A DNA stretch of 64,000 nucleotides, taken from positions 62,001 through 126,000 of the forward strand of contig MCFH01000010.1 of assembly GCA_002104945.1 (NCBI GenBank), read 5' to 3'. This DNA comes from Piromyces finnis finn. Taxonomy: Eukaryota; Fungi; Neocallimastigomycota. Of the stretch, positions 14,443 to 26,636 are shown piece after piece. A program made the translations under genes and the position numbers. Positions within the stretch are counted from its first letter, which is position 1. Each line of letters opens with the position of its first letter. A model generated the notes under the pieces. That model was not told the origin of the DNA. It made no database searches and saw only the letters and a list, made by a program, of their open reading frames with translations.

Positions 14443-17026
14443 TTAATTTGTGTCAATTTGTTCATCTTGTTTTTTTATCTCAGATTCCATTTCAAGTAAT
14501 GCAGACATAAAACCAAGATTTGGAGAAATATTTGGTCTTAATTCTTTTAGATAGGAATAGGCTTTATTAAGTGACCAATGTTCACTTTTCATTAAATATG
14601 CTATTACAACAGTTGCTGATCTTGATTTACCAGCTTTACAATGAATATAGAATACAGCATTATTATTCTTTTTTCTTTCATTTTCTACATTAAAAAAATA
14701 ATAAATTATATGATAAAAAAAATAGAACAGGTCATCAGCCATATATATTTTATTAATAAATCCTATAAATATTAAAATTATAATTATATTTACCAATCCA
14801 TTCAGATGATTCCCATAAATATCTTGCAATATTTTCTGCAAGATTATCAGCTAAATCAATTTTTTTGTAAATTATTTGATCTTCAGGAAAAGTTACTCCA
14901 ACATTACATTCCATAGCAACATTTAACACATGTGTAACATTAAGCTTTTTGAGTCTTTCAACTGCATCACTTGATGCTGGAATTGTTTCAGTACCAATAT
15001 ATAAATATGGTAATACTCTAGTATAATGAGGAATAACAGTAGATGTTGTTGGTGATATATTTAATGGTAAATCACTTGATGGAGAAAAACTATTAGTTCC
15101 ATTTATATGTAAATAATTCATATTTTGAACAGAATTTGGTTGATTACCAATTTCTTTTCCTTCAGGAACACCAGATTTATATAAATTCTTTGGATAGTTT
15201 GTTAAACCTAGCATACCATTTGGTTGCATTTGAGGAACAGGTTGGTCTGTTTTCTTTTCAAGATTATTAATTGAAATTAATAATGTAGATTTCTTTCTTC
15301 TTTGATTCTTAGGATAAAAATCATCATCAGCTCCTGCAGTTAATGGAGTTGAAATAGTTAAATTATTTGGTTTTTTAATTGATAATCTTGGTTGTAATGT
15401 ACAATTTGGATTACCCATAATATTTTCTTTACTATTTGGTATTGCACTTAATGGTGTTTTACATTCATCGTTATTATTACTAATAGCACAGACAATATTT
15501 AATGATAATTTTTGTTTTGAAGATTTATTTTTATTTAACATATTTAATGCTAAGTTTTGTTTTTTGTTACTTGAATCATCATTATTAGTTATAGTAATTA
15601 TAGGATTATTAAAACCAGATGGTTTTCCGTCAATTGGCGTTGAACATTCCATATCTGATGGATCGTTGAATCCAAGTTTTAATGTAGGTTTCAATTTCAA
15701 TGGAGTACCACATGGTGCTTCATCTGGTTGTGTTATAGATATAATTATATTTTCTTCTTTTGATTCATTATTTAATATATAGTTTGCACTTTCTGAATGA
15801 CTATAAATTGCGTCAAATCCACCAGTAACCCAAGCAATATTAAGTTGCTTATTCAATAAGTAGTTATTTAAATCATTTTCTTGTGATGATATTGATTGAG
15901 AATTATCTGTACAGGAACTTTGGTCATTTATTGATGTTGATGAATATTTAAGTTCATTTAATGCAATAATATGCTGAACTTCTAAAAATTTCATTACTGT
16001 TTTAACAGGAGAATAACATATTTCAATATCCATAAGATTTTGATCATCATAAACAATTATCAAAGGCTTTTTATTTAAATTACTATTTTGATTTTGGTCA
16101 ATTCTATAGTTATTTAATATCCATTGTTGTACAACTGTTTTATCTTCAGTAGAAATGAAATTTTGAATATTAAATGAGTTAGTATACTGATATTTCATTG
16201 ATCTGTTTAAAATAAGAGATGGAATATTAACATTAATTGAATTTGAAATATATTCATTCTTAAAGTCATTAAAAACCCTAAAATCGAATATCAATATGTT
16301 GAAAAGTCCATTATTATTTAAGTTACTTTCATTTACTTTAGAAATATTTGAAGAATTAAGATATTCAAAGAATTTCTCAACAGATATTTCTTCAATAATA
16401 ACTTGATTTTCTTTTCCTTTTCTTTCATCCAGATTTTTATTATCTTCTTTATAATTATTTTCATCTTCCATTAAACGACCGTTATTACCATTATTATCAA
16501 ATCCTCTTCCATTATTGTTGCTTTCTGAACCATTTTTATAATGTTTATTAAATGATAAATTATTTGGTGTTATATTACCAGTTGAATCACTACCTAAATA
16601 ACTTTTTACTGGAACTTCATTAACATTCGAATCAGGTTGAATTACAGGATGATTATCCTTTTTTTCACTTTCAATAATATTTGATTTATCTATCACTATA
16701 GTAGGATCTAATTTTTTCGACATTAAATTCGGTTCAGATTTTTGTTTATTTTCTTTTTTTTGTAACTTTTTTACTTTAATTAATTCATGCTCATGCTCTA
16801 TAATATTTTTATCACTATCATCAGAATCTGACTGTCCGTCATTGTCATTGATTACAGATGTTGCAATTATATCATATCTCTGATCCTTTTTTTGATCATC
16901 CTTATATAAACGTGATGAACTTTTTGATTTATTTTTTTTAAATAATTCTTTCGATGCCTCTATATCATCAAAAGATTGTGAAGATTTTAATATTTTCTTT
17001 TTAGAAAAAAATTTCAATTGTTCCAT
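14443..17026 (-). CDS. Dual-specificity (MAP kinase) phosphatase with a rhodanese-like domain, Msg5/Pmp1-type
   Basis: Exon 1 is 17026-14794 and exon 2 is 14684-14443. Rhodanese-like LIFDFRVFNDFKNEYISNSINVNIPS; catalytic domain TRVLPYLYIG...THVLNVA...HCKAGKSRSATVVIAYLM...RPNISPNLGFM. Confidence 0.92.
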
Positions 17027-17708
17027 ATTAATTTTAAATTAATGACATTTAAATAATTTCTTCTTTTTTAATTTTTATTTAAAAACTACTGATTTTCAAA
17101 AAAAAATTAAAAAAAAAATAAATAAAATAAAATAAAATAAAGTGCTTCCTATTCTAATTATATTTAATAATTAATTAGTTGTTCTATAATTTATTATTTA
17201 AGAAATATTTAAAAAAAAATAAGTTATTTTTTTTTAAAAAATTTAAAGTTTTACAAAATTATATAAATTAAAATTTCATTTATTCTATATATAACTTTAC
17301 AAAATGTATTTTTATTCATTTCATTATTTTTTATAAAACAATTTTTAAAAATAATATTATTACAATTTTTAACATTCCATTTTAATACATAAAATTAAAT
17401 TTAATACATTTTAATACATTTTAAATTGAATATGTAATATTTGTTTAAATATTTTTTTTTCAAAAGATAATAGTATTAGTTTTTCATCTCCGATATACCA
17501 TTAATTTAAATTATTAAATATACTGACTGACATTTTTTTTTTTAATTTTTCTTTTAGTATATTAATTATAATAGTAAAATAATTATAAATATTAATAGAA
17601 AATATTCTTTTAAAAATATAATTATCATTATTACTTTATTATATATATCTATTATTTAATAAATAATAGATTTTTTTTCTATATATTTTTCTAATATTAT
17701 TTACCAAG

Positions 17709-20700
17709 ATTCCACCAAAAAAAGCTGCTTCTCCATCTAAGGGTCGTGGAGGAAATAATAAAAAAAAAACAGCACCCAACAATAATAAAACAATACAAGG
17801 ATCATTACTTGATATTCTCAATACGAATCTTTATGAAGACTCATGGAAAACATTTATTGGTGTTATTTTTACTGATGAAACAACAGAACAAGATGTTGAG
17901 AATTTCAAAAAAAGTGTGGATATATTAGATATTGATGATGAAGACAGTAATATATATGATCACTATTTAATGCTTAATGATAAATTCAATCAACAAAATG
18001 AAACTATATTAAAAGAAGATGATTCCAGAGTTATTAAAGCATTAAGTGAATCTGTTAATAAAGGAAGAAGAAAAAAATTTCATATTATTAGTTATAAAGA
18101 TATAAATGAATGGGCAAATGAAAATACTAAGAATTTTGAAGAATGTGTAGAATATAAACAAATTATTGAAAAAATAGAAAAATTAAATGTTGTAATAACG
18201 TCATCTCAACAAGCCCAAAATAACACAATAATTGATGAATCAATATTAAACAATGAATCTTCAGATATTAAGAATGAGGAAAATACAGTTCAATTATCTT
18301 CTCAGGATCAAGAGCCGTCAAATGAAATGCAATTAGAAGAACTAACTAAATTAAAATTGGAATATTTATCCAAATTTTTAAAAGTAAGATTTGTTCAACT
18401 AAAATTATCAGATATTGAAGCAAGAATCGCTGAAAAAGAAGCATTAGCGAAAAAAGCAGCAGAAGAAGAACAAATGAATAATTTACAACCACCAGGGTTA
18501 TTACAACAAAATCAAAATCAAACACAAGAAGAAGGTAAAAAAAAAGATAAAGAAAAAGGAAAAAAAGGACAAAGCGGAAAAAATGGCTCACAGGATAAAA
18601 AACAAGAAAAAGATTCATCAACATCAGCTGCTGATCCTAATGGAGATAAAAATCAAAATAAAAGAAGAATAAAATTAAGACAAAGGATTGTTAATATTGA
18701 TCCAATCCCAGTAGCTATTAATGATGAACCGGAAAATGGACCAGAAATTTATTATTTACTATACGGTTTTTCAAATCCACAACTTTTCGAATATCTTCTA
18801 AATTTTGATATACATGTAGATGCATTAATAAGAATGGAAGAAATACCAAAAGAATTTGTTTCGCGTCCACCAGAAGTTCATCAATCAAAATCAGAAATTG
18901 ATATTTCTAAAAAAGTTGAAAATCCACTTGATTTATTAGAATCACAGAGTACTTCAAACAGGAGTAAATTCTCAAAATTATCATTAGATGATCAATCATC
19001 ACTTTATTCATATAATGCTATAGATGATAAGAGTAATTACTCAACAAAACCTGATCAAAATAAAAACATTGTTGTTGAAGAGGATGTAAAAAATACAGAA
19101 AATGAAATAATAAAACAACAAAGTTTAGAAATAAAAATATCAAGTGTAACTTGGAAAAATTCTTTAAATTCTAATATTATTAAATATAAATTAAAAACAA
19201 ATTCGAATAATTTAAACTCAATATGGAAAGATGTTGTATGGTGTGATATTCCATTCAAACAAAAAGATGAGCCAGATATAATATTTGATCAACTAGCATT
19301 AAAAATTTATGAAATATTAGAAAAAAAAGATATTTATAATAAATTTTATGATAATACCCTAGTAATTAACATTCCAGAATGTGATAAAGAGAACAATCTA
19401 AAATATTATAAATATTTATCGGAAGTTGCCTCATATATTGAACCTTCAATATCTATTGAAATATGGTTAGAAATATTAATACATTATGCATTAAAAACTA
19501 TGAATATTAATGGACCTAGTATTAACATCGATAACATTGATAATAATTATCCTTATTTCAAAATCTTAAATATTCCATGGAATAAAGAACCTGAAAAACA
19601 AGAAGAAATTAACATAAAAGATATCAAAGAAACCAAAGAAGGTAAAAATAAAGACAAGCAATTAAATATTGAAAATCAACAAAAAACCCAACAAAACCAA
19701 TCAACATTAAGTATTAATACATTTGATAATTTATCTATACTAAATATACAAAGGAGAGTTAACTTAAATAACGAAAATAAAGAATTTTTGGGATATTCAT
19801 CATTTGATTGTTATTTTGATGATATAATACATAATATTTCATTAATTAATACCGAAGAAACTGTAGAAAAAAAAGCAGAGGATGAAACTAATGAAAATGA
19901 TAATATGAATATGGGAAAGGATGTTAACTATAATAATTATCAAATAGTTCCTAAAGATAACAGATATTTAAAAAGTAAATTATTATATGAGAAGTTAAAA
20001 ATAATTGGGATAAATATTAATGAAGTATATGATACATTTCTAAAATATTTGGTAATAAATAGATCATTAAAATGTATACATAAAGAGATGAATAATCATC
20101 AACCAAATATACTGAATGATAACCAATTTCATACAAATACGAAATGCCCATGCAACTCAAATAATAGGGATATATTATTAAGAAAAACAGAGTTATTTAA
20201 GAGTACAAATTTCCCTGAATCTACTTTAAATAAAACATTACTTCAATGGGAATTTGAAAGTTTAATAAATATGGAAACTAATGATATTACAGATAACAAA
20301 AAACCTATAGTGTTGGATGAGTATTGTTGGATAGAGAAACATAACAGAGAAACAATGATTCAAATTATAGAAAAATATAAATCAATATACCCTGAAATGA
20401 TTTATAAATTATCTAATTTTAATAATGGTACATTATTAATTATGAAAAGTCCTGGTCCAACTGGATGTTTGATATCGGAAACTTTTGAAAAATCTCAAGT
20501 TAAAAATAAAGTTAATTTTGGATTATTTTATGAATATTATGATAATAAAAGAGAATATCTTGAATGTCCAGAATTAAAATTTATTCCTAAGAAGAATAAT
20601 GATTTAAATCAAGATAAAAAAACTTCTGAAGATCAACTTGATAACAAAAAAAATGGATTATCTAAGAAGAAAGGCAAAAAAACAAATGAAAAAGAAAAAG

Positions 20701-23700
20701 CAACAGTACCTGAAAAAAATAAAAATCAAGGAAATAAAAAAGGTGATAAAGCTGACAAGACTGATAAAACTGAAAAAATAGAAAAGGGAGATAAGAAAAA
20801 AAATAGTATTTCAACAAATACAAAAAAATCACCAAAAATTGATGCTTCTGAACCAATAGAGGAAACATCAATCATTGAAAATGAAAAAATGCCAACAAAT
20901 TATATATATAATACTAATAATGATATTGTTTTATTTAATAATAAAAATTCATATATATATCCAAGAGATGGAAATATTATTCAAGTTAAAACTATTAATT
21001 CATTGACTGTTGACTTTACTCCACAAATATATTATAATATTTTTACACCTTTTGGGTCATTGTCTTATGGTAATAATAAAAATGATAAATACCCAAATTA
21101 TTTATACATTAATTACAATGATGATTCAACATTTTCATTTAAGATATCAAAAAATGGTAAATTGAATATACAATATTACACTGTGGATGGAATATTAACC
21201 CAATATTATGAAGATGGTAGAATAAAACAGAAATTAACAACTTATAATAAAAATAACTTAAAATATCAAGTTTCTGATAAAATTGAATTATATAGAGTAA
21301 TTATTCCAGGAGGAAAAATTCTTAAAGTTAAATCATCACAAAATTATGAGGTATACTATCCAAATGGAAATATAACATACTATGATAATAACGGAACATG
21401 GACAAGTATAAATGAAAAAGGAAAGTGTGTTCAAACAAATAGTTTAAATGAAACGAAAGAACTTCCTTCACTGGAAGTATTTTATGAAAGATTGCCTATC
21501 CCTAATGAAACTAAATATATTAGAAATGATATGGTAGTAATAAGGTATACTGATGGAGTAAATAGAATTGTTGAATTTCCAAATGGAATAAAAATATCAA
21601 CACATATTAATAAGAAAAATGAAGAAAATAATGATACTAATAATGCATTTGAAGATACTTCATTTGATAATAGTAATAATATAAATAAACCACCTAAAAT
21701 AGAATCTTTTGATTCTATAGTAAATATATATCAATTTGATAAGCATAGATTAAAAGTAAATAATTATGATGAAGAATTTAAAATGAATGAAATATTAAAT
21801 TACAAAAACAAAAACATTGAATATAAATGTGAATCTAATGGCTTTCCAACAACAGTATGTGTTGATGGAGGAAATGAAATCCACACTATTTATAAAAATT
21901 GTAAAATAATTCAATTTATGATTATAAATGAAGATCAAAAGTATATATGTCAAAAAATTAGGATATTGAAATATGGTTCTTGTGTTGATTTATACATGGA
22001 TGGCAATGTTTGTTTTATTCCATATTACAAAAATGATTCAAGTTTAATATCAAATAGTTGTAGTAGATACAATATTGATATCAAATCTAGAGAACTCATA
22101 GTCAATGATATTACAGGAAAAGAATATAAAATTAATAAAAATAGAATTAGTACAGAATTTTATGGAAATAACAGTAAAAGCACATATATTGATTTAAATA
22201 CTAACGAAACTGAAAAATCATTAAATTTAAATGATAAAAAGATTGATTCTAGTATTTCAAAAATCAGTGATATTAATGAAAGTAATAAATCATTGAATAA
22301 AGATATAAACGATGAAACAAACAAAACTGATACTATATGTGAAAGATTTATTGATAGTTATTATAAAAAAATATCATCATATAAATTATTGAAATATTGT
22401 AATTCTGATGATAATAAAAGAGAAACAACACCAACTAATAATAAGGATTTATGTGGATTATACAATATTTCTAATTCAAATAATGATATATTTTCATTAA
22501 ATGAAGCAACATTAAATAATAAATTAATTAAAAATCTAATGAAAAATTCATTCTCTGAAAAGTTTATTTCCAATGGAAATACACCTAAATTATTTTTTAT
22601 TCACGAAGATGGAACAGGTATTGAATTATTAAGAGATGTTGATGTTTTTCATTCAATTAATGAAATGGATATTAATATTGATAAAGATATTATTGAAGAA
22701 CCATTAGCCGATGACTCAAATGGAGTTTCTGTTACAATAACGAAAAAATTAGATTCTAGAAATATTAGTTTTAACATTAATGATTCTAAAATAATAATAT
22801 ATAAACAATTAGTTAGATACCCGAAATTAACATTAAACAATCGTAATCTTATACTAGATGAACTTATATATTACAATAACTGGTTAAAAATGCATAATGC
22901 ATTTATTGAAGATAACGATAATGTTCTTGAAAGTATATATAGTAAAGTAAGTATTGGTAATAATAATGATAATGATAAAAACCAAAATGATAAAGACGAT
23001 CCAAATAAAAATATAATTTATGGTGCTAATAAAGAAGAAACTGAAAACGCGATTCTTGAAAAGTATTCTGAATTATTACTAAGAAATAGTATGAAACCGA
23101 ATAACTACGTAATAAATGATACATTAAAGAAAAATAATGAAGTTAATACAAATGAAATAAGTGAAACCCATAAAAAACGATATAAAATATTAAAAAATGT
23201 TGAAGCTAGTAAAAAAAAAGAAAGATCTGTTAAAGAAATTTTAAAAATTGATGAAGAAATTAAAAATAGTGTTAATGAAAGTTCCATATTTCCTAAGTAT
23301 TTTGAAACTATTGATCCATCAAAAATTCCAAAAGAAAATATTAATAAATATAAAAAGAAAGACTATAAGAAAAAAGAAAGAAATAATTCATATATGGTGA
23401 AATTATCAAATATTAAGTCATCCATATCAATCAAAAAAAGAAAGAATGATATTTCAGAAAATAAAAACGAAAATTCAAGTTTATCTACTATATTATTTAA
23501 TAATGATTCTAGTAATGATTCTAAAAGTACAGAAGAATTTATAAAAAAAGAAAGTGAAGAATTACTTGATAACACGGAAAGTCAATCATCTCTTGAAGAA
23601 ATAAAATATAATACGAAACCAAACATTAACTATCAAATTATAGAAGCAGGAACAAAAAGAAAACTTAAAACTATATCAACAGTAAACGAAAGTAAATCAT

Positions 23701-24113
23701 TAGAATCTTTAATATCGAAAGCTACCTTAAATTCCAAAACTGTAAGCATTAAAAAGCTTGAAAAATTATATAGAGAAAAATTTAAGTATTTGCTAAATGT
23801 TGATCCTAAATCATGTGATTTTGGTAATTTACAAGAAAATACTAGAAATATAATGAAAGTTACTGTTATGAACAGAACAAATGATATTATTCGTTTCAAG
23901 ATAGTTCAACCAAAATCCGATCTTATAAATATTAAATATAAAGTCGGCCCAATTTCTCCTGGATTACAAATAAAAATAATTGTTGAGATTATTGCACCAA
24001 AAACAAGCAATCAATTTTCAATTGATGATTATGGACAAATAATTACTGAAAATGAGATAATTAAAATTCCAATAACTGCTACAATATTGCCAACAAAAGA
24101 ATTAGATAATTAA
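17709..24113 (+). CDS. SPAG17: SPAG17/PF6 flagellar central-pair protein; single exon, start codon uncertain
   Basis: One stop-free frame from 17670 to 24113. Segments SWKTFIGVIF, KALSESVNKGRRKKFHIISYKDI, SKFLKVRFVQLKLSD and INDEPENGPEIYYLLYGFSNPQL match the SPAG17 N-terminal blocks ([58 protein letters not shown]). It ends in a PapD/ASH-like Ig domain (VDPKSCDFGNL...GPISPGL). Confidence 0.85.
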   Translation: MPPKKAASPSKGRGGNNKKKTAPNNNKTIQGSLLDILNTNLYEDSWKTFIGVIFTDETTEQDVENFKKSVDILDIDDEDSNIYDHYLMLNDKFNQQNETILKEDDSRVIKALSESVNKGRRKKFHIISYKDINEWANENTKNFEECVEYKQIIEKIEKLNVVITSSQQAQNNTIIDESILNNESSDIKNEENTVQLSSQDQEPSNEMQLEELTKLKLEYLSKFLKVRFVQLKLSDIEARIAEKEALAKKAAEEEQMNNLQPPGLLQQNQNQTQEEGKKKDKEKGKKGQSGKNGSQDKKQEKDSSTSAADPNGDKNQNKRRIKLRQRIVNIDPIPVAINDEPENGPEIYYLLYGFSNPQLFEYLLNFDIHVDALIRMEEIPKEFVSRPPEVHQSKSEIDISKKVENPLDLLESQSTSNRSKFSKLSLDDQSSLYSYNAIDDKSNYSTKPDQNKNIVVEEDVKNTENEIIKQQSLEIKISSVTWKNSLNSNIIKYKLKTNSNNLNSIWKDVVWCDIPFKQKDEPDIIFDQLALKIYEILEKKDIYNKFYDNTLVINIPECDKENNLKYYKYLSEVASYIEPSISIEIWLEILIHYALKTMNINGPSINIDNIDNNYPYFKILNIPWNKEPEKQEEINIKDIKETKEGKNKDKQLNIENQQKTQQNQSTLSINTFDNLSILNIQRRVNLNNENKEFLGYSSFDCYFDDIIHNISLINTEETVEKKAEDETNENDNMNMGKDVNYNNYQIVPKDNRYLKSKLLYEKLKIIGININEVYDTFLKYLVINRSLKCIHKEMNNHQPNILNDNQFHTNTKCPCNSNNRDILLRKTELFKSTNFPESTLNKTLLQWEFESLINMETNDITDNKKPIVLDEYCWIEKHNRETMIQIIEKYKSIYPEMIYKLSNFNNGTLLIMKSPGPTGCLISETFEKSQVKNKVNFGLFYEYYDNKREYLECPELKFIPKKNNDLNQDKKTSEDQLDNKKNGLSKKKGKKTNEKEKATVPEKNKNQGNKKGDKADKTDKTEKIEKGDKKKNSISTNTKKSPKIDASEPIEETSIIENEKMPTNYIYNTNNDIVLFNNKNSYIYPRDGNIIQVKTINSLTVDFTPQIYYNIFTPFGSLSYGNNKNDKYPNYLYINYNDDSTFSFKISKNGKLNIQYYTVDGILTQYYEDGRIKQKLTTYNKNNLKYQVSDKIELYRVIIPGGKILKVKSSQNYEVYYPNGNITYYDNNGTWTSINEKGKCVQTNSLNETKELPSLEVFYERLPIPNETKYIRNDMVVIRYTDGVNRIVEFPNGIKISTHINKKNEENNDTNNAFEDTSFDNSNNINKPPKIESFDSIVNIYQFDKHRLKVNNYDEEFKMNEILNYKNKNIEYKCESNGFPTTVCVDGGNEIHTIYKNCKIIQFMIINEDQKYICQKIRILKYGSCVDLYMDGNVCFIPYYKNDSSLISNSCSRYNIDIKSRELIVNDITGKEYKINKNRISTEFYGNNSKSTYIDLNTNETEKSLNLNDKKIDSSISKISDINESNKSLNKDINDETNKTDTICERFIDSYYKKISSYKLLKYCNSDDNKRETTPTNNKDLCGLYNISNSNNDIFSLNEATLNNKLIKNLMKNSFSEKFISNGNTPKLFFIHEDGTGIELLRDVDVFHSINEMDINIDKDIIEEPLADDSNGVSVTITKKLDSRNISFNINDSKIIIYKQLVRYPKLTLNNRNLILDELIYYNNWLKMHNAFIEDNDNVLESIYSKVSIGNNNDNDKNQNDKDDPNKNIIYGANKEETENAILEKYSELLLRNSMKPNNYVINDTLKKNNEVNTNEISETHKKRYKILKNVEASKKKERSVKEILKIDEEIKNSVNESSIFPKYFETIDPSKIPKENINKYKKKDYKKKERNNSYMVKLSNIKSSISIKKRKNDISENKNENSSLSTILFNNDSSNDSKSTEEFIKKESEELLDNTESQSSLEEIKYNTKPNINYQIIEAGTKRKLKTISTVNESKSLESLISKATLNSKTVSIKKLEKLYREKFKYLLNVDPKSCDFGNLQENTRNIMKVTVMNRTNDIIRFKIVQPKSDLINIKYKVGPISPGLQIKIIVEIIAPKTSNQFSIDDYGQIITENEIIKIPITATILPTKELDN

Positions 24114-24273
24114 ATCAATAAAAAGTAATTTATTATACATAAAATTATGTTGTAGATAATCTAATATAGAATAATAAATATACACTTATTAGTTCTAAAT
24201 AAATATTTAAATTATATTAATACTATTTAACTTTTTAAAGTTTATAATATGTATGTTAATTTTTAATTTATTC

Positions 24274-24276
24274 TAT

Positions 24277-24375
<99 letters not shown>

Positions 24376-24378
24376 TTT
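24274..24378. repeat. (TTTA)n microsatellite
   Basis: About 26 near-perfect TTTA units between two convergent genes. The stop codon of the minus-strand gene lies inside the array. Confidence 0.95.
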
Positions 24379-26636
24379 GATTTAATGGAATCCTGTTTAT
24401 GCTAGGATCACTTATCGTGAAATTATCAATACTTCTGTTGTTATTTAAATTTCTATCATTAAAATTGGAACTCATAGATGAATCATTATTTTCATATTTA
24501 TTGTTTTTAGAATTATTTATATTTTCATAATTAAGTATTTTTGATAATAATATATTTCTTTCAAGTTTTCTATATTTCTTTTTTGCTGATCTTTCCAATA
24601 GCATTTCAATTAATACTAATAAGCACATTAAAACACCGGTTACATCTCGAATTAAATTTAATATTACCCACCATTTAATATCTTTTAATAATCTTTCTGT
24701 TTGCCATTTTTGAATTGGCATTAAATCTTTTTTTGATATTTCCCTAATTAATTTAAAAATATGATTTTAATTAAGTTAAATTGTATTATATGACGTATTT
24801 ATATTTACATATAAATAATTAATACCATGAAATTTTTTCATATGGGACAACAGCTGTATTAGTTACTGAAGGTAATTTATAGTATCTATCGGAGGATGTA
24901 ATATTAATATCAATATATTTTATCAATGTAGTAGTAATAAAACATGGGAATGAAACTATTACAATAAAAAACATTATTTGCATTATTAGTTTTCTTTTTA
25001 TTTTGAAAATTTTAATATATTAAATTACTAAATTTTACAATATAATTAATACCTAATGCAAGAAAGATAAGAATTAGTTTTCTTGAAAAAGATTTGGTAT
25101 ATTCTTTTAATGGCAATTTAGAGGCAGTTATACTTATAACAAATTTATCTAATATTCCAATAATTGAAAATGTTACCATAAAATTGGTAATAAATGCTAT
25201 CATTGAAGCATGTGGTGTATAATATATAAGAAAATTATATAGTTCACTAGTAGTGTCTTTTTCACATGAAGCTTTTGGAGTTGACCATGGGAAAATAATT
25301 AAAGATAATAAACAGACACCTAATAATGATATTTTTAATAATGCCATTAATAATATAAATAATAACACTACTACTACTACTTTGTTTTTAATAAATTTTG
25401 TTAATTATTTTACATTACCACCAAATAACATTGTTATTCCTAAAAAGAAGTATTTCATTAAATGATCTGCGTTCTTTATTTATAATTATATTAGTGATTT
25501 TATTATAATACTATATATAAATATTTATTATATTTACTTTCATATATGATAATATTTTATGACTATCTGATATTTTTGGAATTTCTTTTTCATTTGTTTT
25601 ATAATTATCAGTGTTATTGCTATTGACTTTTCTAAATTTATTTCCAACTAATGTAATATTAAAGATAGTATATTAATTATTTATAATTCATGGATATATT
25701 ATTATAATAATAAAGTTTAAACCTTCAATATATAAAACATCAAGATCATTTGGTGGAGGTATGTCAATTAAGGTTTCTTCTTCTGTATTTTTGTTTGGAT
25801 CATTAATATATATCAATTCTGATGTCTCTGGAATGTTTTCATCATATATTTCATCCGGTTGAATAATGATACTTTCATCTATAAATATATATATTATTAA
25901 ACTTAATACTTTTATATTTAATAACATTCAATTTTAATATTTTATTTATTTACTAGTTGTAGGACATTTAATTTGAATTGGCTCTATATAATAATAAAAA
26001 AATTAGTATTATAATTATTTTATAATATATATATAATAATATACTTTTTCTTAACATTTTTCCATCTCTGTTTTCTTTATTCGTATTAAGATTTTCTATT
26101 CTATCTCTAATATATTTATAATATTTAGTATTTAATAAATACATATAACTTTTATAATTATAATTGTTTTTTAGTCACTTTTTAAATATAATTTCTTTAG
26201 ATCCATCAATTACATGAACAGAATTAGCTTCTCTTACAGGATTTTGTAATTTAATTTTTGTGGTATGATTTATTTTTTTTTCTTTTTGGGAATCATTAAG
26301 AGGGAATGTGGTAGAAGGTGGGACTGATGATCCATTGTTTTTATTTTTTATTTTATCACTTTGAGATAGGTTATGAGTTTGCTTTTTTAATTTAGGTATC
26401 GGTGGAGGAAGTATATAGGTATTGTTTGGATTATTATTATCCGGATTATCGATTAAATTTTTATCTATATTTTCTATGTTTTTTCTATTAATATTCCTCT
26501 TTTTTTTTTTATCTAATAATAATTTATTAATATCACTATTTTCCTTATCATTTTTTGAAATATTGTCTTTCATATTAATATTTCTTTTCTTCATTTCTTT
26601 TTTATCCTTGCTATTTTTTATTTCTTTGTTATTCAT
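24365..26636 (-). CDS. TMEM237: Multi-pass membrane protein, TMEM237-like (ciliary transition zone)
   Basis: Long charged N-terminus, then four hydrophobic segments across several exons: LGITMLFGGVCLLSLIIFPW, FMVTFSIIGILDKF, ...TSSDRYY and KWWVILNLIRDVTGVLMCLLVLIE. These parallel TMEM237 (HGFLAGCAVWNIVVIY, STISAFDRI, MTSDRI, PWIVVNLVVALLVG). Confidence 0.55.

Noticed and set aside
18346-23899. Several short hydrophobic minus-strand ORFs
   Set aside because: Shadows of the Lys/Asn-rich SPAG17 frame.
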